A stretch of 64,000 bases of DNA from Thermodesulfobacteriota bacterium (GTDB taxonomy: Bacteria; Desulfobacterota; Desulfobacteria; Desulfobacterales; JARGFK01): the NCBI GenBank assembly GCA_040757625.1, contig JBFLWU010000007.1, positions 66,163 through 130,162 on the forward strand, written 5' to 3'. The translations under genes were made by a program, and so were the position numbers. Within the stretch, counting starts at the first letter, position 1, and every line of letters starts with the position of its first letter. The notes under the pieces are model-generated. The model was given only the letters and a program-made list of their open reading frames with translations. It was not told the origin of the DNA and ran no database searches. Below are positions 1-7,910 of the stretch, one piece after another.

Positions 1-2
1 GA

Positions 3-1574
3 AACCCCCTGCCGCCGTTTACCACCAGCAAGCTTCAGCAGGAGGCCATCCGCAAACTCGGGTTTACCGCCAAAAAAACCATGGTCATTGCCCAGCAGCT
101 GTATGAGGGCATCGATCTGGGACCGGGCGAGCCCGTCGGCCTGATTACCTATATGCGTACGGACTCAACCCGCATCGCGATGGAAGCGGCCCAGGAAGCG
201 CTCAAGCTGATCCAGAAGCAGTTCGGCGCCGAATACGTGATGCCCAAGCCCAGATTTTTTAAAAATCGCAATAAAGTCCAGGACGCCCATGAAGCCATTC
301 GCCCGACATCGGTATCGCATACTCCCGACGACGTTTCCGCTTTTCTTTCCAAGGACCAGCTGGCATTATACCGGTTGATCTGGCAGCGTTTTATCGCCTC
401 CCAGATGAAGGAGGCCCTCATCGATCAAAACTCCATTTCCATAAAAGCCGGCGCCTACGTGTTCAATGCCAGCGGTTCGTCCATCAAATTTCCGGGATTT
501 ATGGTTCTGTACCTCTCCGCCGACGACGAGATGGAAAGTGAAAAGAAAAAGGAGATGCTCCCGCCGCTTACGCCCGGAACGGCGCTGAACCTGAACAAAT
601 TCGAACCCAGGCAGCATTTCACCCTGCCGCCGCCCAGATTTTCGGAAGCTTCCCTGGTCAAGGAGCTCGAGGAAAACGGCATCGGGCGGCCCAGCACCTA
701 CGCCGCCATTTTATCCACCATCAGGGAAAAGGGTTACGTGGAACTGCTGAAAGGGTACTTCAAACCGACGGAACTCGGCTATATCGTTACCGATTTGCTG
801 GTGGAAAGTTTTCCCGACCTGCTGGATGTGGAATTTACGGCGAAAATGGAGGAGGATCTCGACCGGGTCGAGGCCGCCGAAGCCGATGCCACAGACCTAC
901 TGAGCCGGTTCTACGACCATTTTAAGGAAAAAATCGATGCGGCGTCCACCGATATGCTCAGCGTCAAGGGCGTCGGTTTTTCCACCGGCCTGGCCTGCCC
1001 GCAATGCGGCCAGACACTTCATATCAAGGTCGGAAAAAACGGCCACTTCCTGGCCTGCAGCGGCTACCCGAAGTGCACCTATTCCAGCGACTATACCCGC
1101 GATGAAAAGGGGATCATCCAGCCCGCCGGTGCCGTGGAGGCTGAAGTAACGGACAAGATCTGTGAAAAGTGCGGCAAGCCCATGGTGATCAAACAGGGCA
1201 AATTCGGCCGCTTCCTGGCTTGCAGCGGCTATCCGGACTGCAAAAATACCCAATCCCTGAATTCAAACGGAAACGGCCAGGATACCGGCGTCGCCTGCCC
1301 CCGGGAAGGCTGCGACGGCCATCTGCTGGAAAAAAAATCGAAGCGGGGCAAAATCTTTTACGGCTGCAACCGTTTTCCCGCCTGCAGTTTTGCGATCTGG
1401 GACAAGCCGGTCGCGCGCGACTGCCCCCGCTGCGGCGCCGGACTGCTGGTGGAAAAATCGAACAAGAAACAGGGAAGCTTCTATCTCTGCCTGACGGAAG
1501 GCTGCGATTATAAACAGAAACAGGGATCAGAAGTCGGGGATCAGGGATCAGAAAGAAAGGCTGAAGGGAGATAG
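3..1574 (+). CDS. topA: DNA topoisomerase I, C-terminal ~520 aa (5' end lies outside the window)
   Basis: The frame is open from nt 3 (NPLPPFTTSKLQQEAIRKLGF... then MVIAQQLYEG, a conserved TopA core). The C-terminal part carries repeated Cys4 zinc ribbons (CPQCG, CEKCG, CPREGCDG, CPRCG). The last ~17 codons run into heptamer-repeat DNA. Confidence 0.95.
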   Translation, partial: NPLPPFTTSKLQQEAIRKLGFTAKKTMVIAQQLYEGIDLGPGEPVGLITYMRTDSTRIAMEAAQEALKLIQKQFGAEYVMPKPRFFKNRNKVQDAHEAIRPTSVSHTPDDVSAFLSKDQLALYRLIWQRFIASQMKEALIDQNSISIKAGAYVFNASGSSIKFPGFMVLYLSADDEMESEKKKEMLPPLTPGTALNLNKFEPRQHFTLPPPRFSEASLVKELEENGIGRPSTYAAILSTIREKGYVELLKGYFKPTELGYIVTDLLVESFPDLLDVEFTAKMEEDLDRVEAAEADATDLLSRFYDHFKEKIDAASTDMLSVKGVGFSTGLACPQCGQTLHIKVGKNGHFLACSGYPKCTYSSDYTRDEKGIIQPAGAVEAEVTDKICEKCGKPMVIKQGKFGRFLACSGYPDCKNTQSLNSNGNGQDTGVACPREGCDGHLLEKKSKRGKIFYGCNRFPACSFAIWDKPVARDCPRCGAGLLVEKSNKKQGSFYLCLTEGCDYKQKQGSEVGDQGSERKAEGR

Positions 1575-1741
1575 GCAGAAGGTAAAAAAAATTGTGAGCT
1601 ATAAGCTTTTAACTGGAAATACAGACGGAAAAGTAGGAAGTAGGTAAATTAAACCGTCGCAGTGAGCAGAGGTCAAGTAACGTTAACCTTCAGCCTTCGG
1701 CCTTCAGACTATTTTCCTGTTTTTCAGATTACAAAAAAACC

Positions 1742-1770
1742 TTGACAAAGACATTAAATTCATTTATTAA
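1742..1770 (+). promoter_or_regulatory. sigma70-like promoter of the ilv leader (TTGACA, 17 nt spacer, TATTAA)
   Basis: TTGACA lies at 1742-1747 and TATTAA at 1765-1770, about 30 nt upstream of the leader ATG at 1801. Confidence 0.5.
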
Positions 1771-1800
1771 AATTTATTCTAAAATATTATTGGATACAAA

Positions 1801-1890
1801 ATGAAAAACGGATTGGCCCTTATCAACCTTATTAGCCTAATTATTATCCTCGTAGTCGGTGTACTTCCCTTCTACGAGGCACGGGGTTGA
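1801..1890 (+). CDS. 29-codon Ile/Leu/Val-rich leader peptide (MKNGLALINLISLIIILVVGVLPFYEARG)
   Basis: ATG at 1801 and TGA at 1888-1890. The peptide has 15 I/L/V residues out of 29, including the run LIIILVV. It sits between a promoter and a terminator directly upstream of ilvD. It is too short for the ORF track. Confidence 0.7.
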   Translation: MKNGLALINLISLIIILVVGVLPFYEARG

Positions 1891-1896
1891 TAATGG
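1886..1896 (+). promoter_or_regulatory. putative antiterminator segment of the ilv attenuator
   Basis: GTTGATAATGG (1886-1896) overlaps the leader stop codon. It can pair with the terminator 5' arm CCGTTATCAGC (1930-1940) over 11 positions, two of them G-U. It mimics the terminator 3' arm GCTGATAACGG. Confidence 0.55.
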
Positions 1897-1922
1897 CCTA
1901 AAACCAAATCATATCTTAACTT

Positions 1923-1965
1923 AAAAAAACCGTTATCAGCCCTAAGCTGATAACGGTTTTTTTTT
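1923..1965 (+). terminator. rho-independent terminator of the ilv attenuator
   Basis: The 11-bp perfect stem CCGTTATCAGC / GCTGATAACGG (1930-1940 and 1946-1956) has the loop CCTAA. It is followed by T9 (1957-1965) and preceded by A7. The RBS GGAGG (1967-1971) and the ilvD ATG (1981) follow. Confidence 0.85.
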
Positions 1966-1980
1966 CGGAGGATTAAAAAA

Positions 1981-3651
1981 ATGAAAAGCGACAGTGTCAA
2001 AAAAGGCGTTGAAAGAGCACCCCATCGTTCCCTCTTCAAGGCGATCGGTTATACCGACGCAGAAATCAAGCGCCCGCTGATCGGCATCGCCAATTCAGCC
2101 AATCAGATCATTCCGGGTCACTCTCATCTGGATCAAATCGTAGAGGCCGTCAAAGCCGGTATTTACATGGCGGGAGGCACGCCCATCGAATTCGGCACCA
2201 TCGGCATCTGCGACGGCATCGCCATGAATCATGTCGGCATGAAATACGTGCTCGGCAGCCGCGAACTGATCGCCGATTCCATCGAAGTCATGGCGGTGGC
2301 GCACGCCTTTGACGCCCTGGTGCTGGTGCCCAACTGCGACAAGATCGTCCCCGGAATGCTGATGGCGGCCGCCCGGCTGGACCTGCCCAGCATTGTCATC
2401 AGCGGCGGCCCCATGCTGGCCGGCAAAGAACCGGGGAAGGCGGACGGCAAGAAGATCGACCTGATAACGGTGTTTGAATGCGTCGGCGCCGTTCGCTCCG
2501 GCCGGATGACCGAAGCGGAACTGGCCGCTTATGAGGACGCCGCCTGTCCCACCTGCGGCTCCTGCGCCGGGATGTTTACCGCCAATTCCATGAACTGTCT
2601 GTCCGAGGCCATCGGCATGGCCCTGCCCGGCAACGGCACCATCCCGGCGGTCATGTCCGCACGGCTGCGCCTGGCCAAAGAAACCGGCATGCGGATTGTG
2701 GACCTGTTCAACCGGCAAATCACCCCCTCGAAGATCCTGACGGACAAAGCCTTTAAAAACGCGCTGCGCGTGGACATGGCCCTGGGGTGCTCCACCAACA
2801 CGGTCCTGCACCTGACGGCGCTGGCCAACGAGGCGCAGTTTAATATGGACTTGAACCTGATCAACACGGTCAGCCGGGAAACGCCGCACCTGTGTTCCAT
2901 GAGCCCGGGCGGACGGCACCATCTGGAAGATTTAAACCGGGCCGGCGGCATCCCTGCCGTCATCAAGGTGCTTTCCGACGCCGGATTGATCCACAACGAC
3001 TGTTTGACGGTGACCGGCGCCAGCGTCGCCGAAAATATTAAACATGCCCGGGTGCTGGATGCCGATATCATTCATCCCCTGGACAACCCCTACCATGCCG
3101 AAGGAGGCTTGGCGATTCTTTTCGGCAACCTGGCCCCGGAAGGCTGCGTGGTGAAGCAATCCGCGGTTCTGCCCGAAATGCTGCGGCACGAAGGCCCGGC
3201 GCGCGTGTTTGATTCCGAGGAAGCGGTCAGTCAGGCCATTATGGCGGGTAAAATTAAAAAAGGAGACGTGCTGGTGGTCCGGTACGAAGGACCCATGGGC
3301 GGGCCGGGGATGCAGGAGATGCTGACCCCCACGGCGGCCATTGCCGGCATGGGGCTGGACGCCCATGTGGCCCTGATTACCGACGGGCGTTTTTCCGGCG
3401 GATCCCGCGGCGCTTCCATCGGCCATATCTCGCCGGAAGCCATGCAGGGAGGCCCCATCGCCATCGTACAGGAGGGAGACCGGATCGCCATCGATATCCC
3501 CGCAAAAAAAATAACCCTGAAGCTATCCGATCAGGAAATCAGGGATCGGCTGGCCAAGTGGTCGCCGCCGAAACCTAAAATCACCCATGGATACATGGCC
3601 CGATATGCCCGGATGGTATCTTCCGGCAGCAACGGGGCGGTGTTGAAATGA
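1981..3651 (+). CDS. ilvD: dihydroxy-acid dehydratase
   Basis: 556 aa with the IlvD/Edd family signature ([31 protein letters not shown]) and a good RBS. Confidence 0.97.
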   Translation: MKSDSVKKGVERAPHRSLFKAIGYTDAEIKRPLIGIANSANQIIPGHSHLDQIVEAVKAGIYMAGGTPIEFGTIGICDGIAMNHVGMKYVLGSRELIADSIEVMAVAHAFDALVLVPNCDKIVPGMLMAAARLDLPSIVISGGPMLAGKEPGKADGKKIDLITVFECVGAVRSGRMTEAELAAYEDAACPTCGSCAGMFTANSMNCLSEAIGMALPGNGTIPAVMSARLRLAKETGMRIVDLFNRQITPSKILTDKAFKNALRVDMALGCSTNTVLHLTALANEAQFNMDLNLINTVSRETPHLCSMSPGGRHHLEDLNRAGGIPAVIKVLSDAGLIHNDCLTVTGASVAENIKHARVLDADIIHPLDNPYHAEGGLAILFGNLAPEGCVVKQSAVLPEMLRHEGPARVFDSEEAVSQAIMAGKIKKGDVLVVRYEGPMGGPGMQEMLTPTAAIAGMGLDAHVALITDGRFSGGSRGASIGHISPEAMQGGPIAIVQEGDRIAIDIPAKKITLKLSDQEIRDRLAKWSPPKPKITHGYMARYARMVSSGSNGAVLK

Positions 3652-3806
3652 GTGAAAGGCTGAAGGCGGACAGTCTGAAGGTCAAAGGGATAGTAACGAG
3701 TATATAGTGACTAGGGACGAATGGCTCGCGGGCAGACAACAGACAGAAGGAAGAAGGCCCTGACCTTGACCTTATCCTTCAGTCTTCAGCCTTCAGCCTA
3801 TTTACC
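3652..3806. repeat. intergenic heptad-word palindromic element (exemplar)
   Basis: About 16 consecutive words ending in AG, mostly 7 nt (gtgaaag gctgaag ... acaacag acagaag gaagaag), are followed by complementary CT-initial words (cttcagt cttcagc cttcagc) and the end motif ctatttacc. Confidence 0.7.
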
Positions 3807-3889
3807 TGAACACTGGGAAGCCAAGAATTAAAAATCAGTTTCAGGCTCATGATGGTGAATAAAAAATAGATGAATGAAGGAAACAGATT

Positions 3890-5575
3890 ATGAAACTCAC
3901 AGGTGCACAGATTTTACTGAAAACGCTGAAAGACGAGGGTGTTGATACCATCTTCGGTTATCCCGGAGGTTGCGTTATCGATATTTACGACGAACTGCTC
4001 CGGAGCGATTTGCGGCATATTTTTGTCCGCCACGAGCAGGGGGCCATTCATGCCGCCGACGGCTATGCCCGCGCCAGCGGCCGGGTTGGCGTGTGCCTGG
4101 TGACGTCCGGCCCCGGCGCCACCAATACCATCACCGGCATCGCCAATGCCTTCATGGACTCCATTCCGGTGGTAATCATCACCGGGCAGGTCCCCAGTCA
4201 TCTCATCGGAAACGATGCCTTTCAGGAGGTGGACATCGTCGGCATCACCCGTCCGTGCACCAAGCACAATTATCTGGTCAATTCCACTGAAGAACTGGCG
4301 CAAACCATCAAAGAGGCTTTTTTTATCGCCAGTTCCGGGCGTCCGGGACCGGTTTTGGTCGATATTCCCAAAAACGTCATCCAGGAAACCATTGAATACA
4401 AACCGCCCAAAACGGTCAAGCTGCGCTCCTACAACCCCACTTACAATCCCAATATGAAGCAGCTCCATAAGGTGGTGGGACTGATCCGGGAAGCCAAACG
4501 GCCCGTTATTTTTGCCGGCGGCGGCGTCCTGCTCTCCAAGGCCGCCAGGGAGTTGACGGAACTGGCCCATAAGGCCCGGATCCCGGTGACGACTTCGCTG
4601 ATGGGCATGGGCGCCTTCCCCGGTTCGGATCCCCTATGCCTGGGAATGATCGGCATGCACGGAACTTACCGGGCCAACACCTCCTCGGGCACGTGCGACC
4701 TGATGATTGCCGTGGGCGTCCGCTTCGACGACCGCGTAACCGGCAAGACCGATACGTTTGCGCCCCAGGCCAAAATCGTCCATATCGACATCGATCCGAC
4801 ATCCATCCGCAAAAACATACCGGTTGCCGTTCCGGTTGTGGGGGACTGTAAGATCACCCTGATCCATTTGAACAAGCTCTTGGATGAAACCGATCTGGGC
4901 GACCTTCACAAAAAACGCAAACCCTGGCTGGATCAGATCGAAGAGTGGAAAAGCACCCGTCCCCTCGCCTACCAGCAGGGAAACGTGATCAAGCCCCAAT
5001 ACGTGGTTGAAAAACTGTATGAAATGACCCGGGGGGAAGCGATCGTCTCCACCGAAGTCGGCCAGAACCAGATGTGGGCCGCCCAGTACTATCACTTCGA
5101 CAAGCCCCAGCACTTTCTGACTTCCGGCGGACTCGGCGCCATGGGTTTCGGGCTCCCCGCAGCCATCGGCGCTCAAATCGCCTGCCCGGACAAGCTGGTG
5201 GTGGACATCGCCGGGGACGCCAGCATCCAGATGAATATCCAGGAGATGGCCACCGCCGTTCAATATTGTCTGCCGGTAAAAATCGTGATTCTCAATAATG
5301 GGTTTCTCGGCATGGTGAGACAGTGGCAGGAATTTTTTTACGAAAAACGCTACGCCTGCACCCTGGTGGAGCACGCCCCCGATTTTGTAAAACTGGCCGA
5401 GGCATACGGTGCCGTGGGGCTGCGGGCCCAAAAGCCCGAAGAGGTGGAAGCGGTCCTCAGGGAAGGCCTCTTTTCACCCAAGACCGTCATCATGGATTTT
5501 ATTGTTGAAAAGGAAGAGTGCGTCTATCCGATGGTTCCCGCCGGAGCGCCGATTACGGAAATGCTGCTGGTATAA
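3890..5575 (+). CDS. ilvB: acetolactate synthase large (catalytic) subunit
   Basis: 561 aa ThDP enzyme (GYPGG, HEQGA.HAADGYAR, GGLGAMGFGLPAAIGA), followed by the small subunit. Confidence 0.95.
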   Translation: MKLTGAQILLKTLKDEGVDTIFGYPGGCVIDIYDELLRSDLRHIFVRHEQGAIHAADGYARASGRVGVCLVTSGPGATNTITGIANAFMDSIPVVIITGQVPSHLIGNDAFQEVDIVGITRPCTKHNYLVNSTEELAQTIKEAFFIASSGRPGPVLVDIPKNVIQETIEYKPPKTVKLRSYNPTYNPNMKQLHKVVGLIREAKRPVIFAGGGVLLSKAARELTELAHKARIPVTTSLMGMGAFPGSDPLCLGMIGMHGTYRANTSSGTCDLMIAVGVRFDDRVTGKTDTFAPQAKIVHIDIDPTSIRKNIPVAVPVVGDCKITLIHLNKLLDETDLGDLHKKRKPWLDQIEEWKSTRPLAYQQGNVIKPQYVVEKLYEMTRGEAIVSTEVGQNQMWAAQYYHFDKPQHFLTSGGLGAMGFGLPAAIGAQIACPDKLVVDIAGDASIQMNIQEMATAVQYCLPVKIVILNNGFLGMVRQWQEFFYEKRYACTLVEHAPDFVKLAEAYGAVGLRAQKPEEVEAVLREGLFSPKTVIMDFIVEKEECVYPMVPAGAPITEMLLV

Positions 5576-5576
5576 A

Positions 5577-5718
5577 ATAGACTAAAGGCCGAAGGTGGTG
5601 GATAGGTGGAAGGTTGAAAGGATAGCGACGAGGAACAAATGGCGAGTAGGCAGAAAGCAGCCGGCTGTCGTAACGAGCGGTAATATAAGTCTTCAGTCTT
5701 CAGCCTTCGGTCTAAATG
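5577..5718. repeat. intergenic heptad-word palindromic element
   Basis: Left part: aaaatag actaaag gccgaag ... gtggaag. Right part: tcttcag tcttcag ccttcgg tctaaat. It shares the core GAAGG..GGATAG(Y)RACGAG with element 3652-3806. Confidence 0.65.
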
Positions 5719-5796
5719 CCTGACCCCCCTCCTGCCAACGGGAAATGGGAATATGAATTTAAGGATTTAAACGAACACAGCAGAAGGAATATCATC

Positions 5797-6285
5797 ATGA
5801 CAGAAGATAAACACGTGCTTTCAATTCTTGTGGACAATAAGCCCGGAGTGCTTTCCAGAATCGCAGGGCTTTTCAGCGGCAGAGGTTACAATATCGAAAG
5901 CCTCTGCGTCGCCGAAACCACTGAGCCCCTGGTGTCCAGGATCACGATCGTCACCAAGGCCAACACTCTGGGAATTGAGCAGATCAACAAACAGCTCAAC
6001 AAACTGATCAACGTCATCAAGGTGCACGAACTCACCGGCACCGAGTATGTTGAAAGAGAAATGGCCCTGATCAAGGTCAAGGCCAAACCCGAACACCGCG
6101 CAGAGATATTAAGGATCGTGGACATATTTCGGTGCAAGGTGGTGGATGTGGGGCTGGAGCACTACACCATCGAAATCACCGGTGATGAAGGCAAATTGTC
6201 GGCGATCATCAGCCTGCTCAAGCCCATTGGAATAAAGGAAATTGCCAAAACGGGGATCATCGCCCTTTACCGGGAACCCAAGTAG
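5797..6285 (+). CDS. ilvN: acetolactate synthase small (regulatory) subunit
   Basis: ACT-domain start MTEDKHVLSILVDNKPGVLSRIAGLFSGRGYNIESL. The ATG at 5797 has the RBS AGAAGGA. The track ORF start at 5716 would read out of repeat DNA. Confidence 0.9.
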   Translation: MTEDKHVLSILVDNKPGVLSRIAGLFSGRGYNIESLCVAETTEPLVSRITIVTKANTLGIEQINKQLNKLINVIKVHELTGTEYVEREMALIKVKAKPEHRAEILRIVDIFRCKVVDVGLEHYTIEITGDEGKLSAIISLLKPIGIKEIAKTGIIALYREPK

Positions 6286-6332
6286 AAATTGAGAATTGAA
6301 GATTGAAGACTGAAAATTGTGAATGGAGAATT
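6284..6332. repeat. 7-bp periodic purine-rich tandem array (GARAWTT x7)
   Basis: agaaatt gagaatt gaagatt gaagact gaaaatt gtgaatg gagaatt, immediately after the ilvN stop. Confidence 0.8.
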
Positions 6333-6492
6333 GAGGGCCGGAGGGACAGGAAGAAGGACTTATTTTTTTCCGCGCGCCGTGTGCCGTCTGCCTTGCGCCG
6401 GACCTTATGGGGAAACCCGCTGTTTAAGAAAATGAAACTCGCTACATCAACCGTTTTCAAATAAAATATATTTTAACGACAAGGAGGACAAA

Positions 6493-7545
6493 ATGGCAAC
6501 AATCGATTTTGGCGGCGTACTGGAAGAAGTCATCACGGCAGAGGAATTTCCTCTGGAACATGCCCGGGAAGTATTGAAAAAAGAAACCGTGGCGGTGCTG
6601 GGATATGGGGTCCAGGGTCCCGGCCAGTCTCAGAACCTGAGAGACAACGGCATCAACGTTATCGTCGGGCAGCGTGAAAACAGCAAATCCTGGGACCGGG
6701 CCGTGGCCGACGGTTTTGTCCCGGGCGAAACGCTTTTTCCGGTCGAAGAGGCCGCAAAGAGAGGAACGGTCATCCAAAACCTGTTGTCGGATGCCGGCCA
6801 GGTGGCCACCTGGCCGCAGATCAAAAAATGCCTGAACGAAGGGGATGCGCTGTATTTTTCCCATGGATTTTCAATCACGTATAAAGACCAGACCGGTGTC
6901 ATCCCGCCGGATTTCGTTGACGTCATTCTGGTGGCGCCCAAAGGTTCCGGGACTACCCTGCGTACAAACTTTTTGGAAGGCAGCGGCCTGAACTCCAGCT
7001 TCGCCATCCACCAGAATTATACCGGACGGGCCAAGGAACGCACCCTTGCCCTGGGTATTGCCATCGGTTCGGGGTATCTCTTCCCGACGACATTTGAAAA
7101 AGAAGTCTTCAGCGACCTGACCGGAGAACGCGGTGTCCTGATGGGCTGCCTGGCCGGTGTAATGGAGGCCCAGTACGAACTGCTGCGCAAACACGGCCAT
7201 ACCCCCAGCGAAGCGTTTAACGAAACCGTTGAAGAGCTGACCCAGAGCCTGATCCTGCTGGTCGCTGAAAACGGCATGGACTGGATGTATGCCAACTGCA
7301 GCGCCACCGCCCAGCGCGGAGCGCTGGACTGGGCCCCGAAATTTCGGGACGCGGTGGCACCGGTGTTCGATGCCCTGTATGAACGGGTCGCTTCAGGGGC
7401 CGAAACCAAACGCGTCCTGGAAGCAAACAGCGCGTCCGATTACCGTGAAAAGCTGCAAAAGGAACTGAACATCTTAAAGAATTCCGAAATGTGGCGGGCC
7501 GGCGCCGCCGTGCGGGCGCTGCGGCCGGAAAATCGCAGGCGCTAA
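6493..7545 (+). CDS. ilvC: ketol-acid reductoisomerase
   Basis: 350 aa with a class I KARI N-terminus (VAVLGYGVQGPGQSQNLRDNGINVIVG). Confidence 0.95.
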   Translation: MATIDFGGVLEEVITAEEFPLEHAREVLKKETVAVLGYGVQGPGQSQNLRDNGINVIVGQRENSKSWDRAVADGFVPGETLFPVEEAAKRGTVIQNLLSDAGQVATWPQIKKCLNEGDALYFSHGFSITYKDQTGVIPPDFVDVILVAPKGSGTTLRTNFLEGSGLNSSFAIHQNYTGRAKERTLALGIAIGSGYLFPTTFEKEVFSDLTGERGVLMGCLAGVMEAQYELLRKHGHTPSEAFNETVEELTQSLILLVAENGMDWMYANCSATAQRGALDWAPKFRDAVAPVFDALYERVASGAETKRVLEANSASDYREKLQKELNILKNSEMWRAGAAVRALRPENRRR

Positions 7546-7910
7546 CCGCCCGTTTATTTTTGACGGGATCGACAGGATTTTCAGGATAATTCTTATCGTT
7601 ATTCACGGCTTCCAGAAGAAACCGTGAACATATAATCCGCCGGGGGCTGAAAGAAGTTTTTCGAGAATGACGAACAAATGATCTGTTCAGCCCAAAAACA
7701 AATACCGGCGGGGAAAACCAGGGACGGCCTGCTCCGATCAGCGGTCGAATCTTTCTGCCTGCCTTCAGGGCAGGCAGAAAATCCCTGTTCATCCTGTCAA
7801 TCCTGTCAAAACAATTTATTGCAATGGCGGCATATTTAAACAGCTGGCGGTTTGAATGCGCCGGGTGAATGGGCGATTTTAAAAATTTACTATTTGGAGA
7901 CAACGACAAG

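Noticed and set aside
7756-7779. The strong 9-bp hairpin CTGCCTGCC ttcag GGCAGGCAG, considered as a terminator between ilvC and cimA.
   Set aside because: No U-tract follows on either strand. It is more likely part of the repeat-word architecture of this spacer than an intrinsic terminator.
7217-7909. A 230 aa minus-strand ORF spanning the ilvC 3' end and the ilvC-cimA spacer.
   Set aside because: It overlaps ilvC in antisense and then runs through repeat-word DNA. The composition is Arg/Pro/Ser-rich with no motifs and no RBS.
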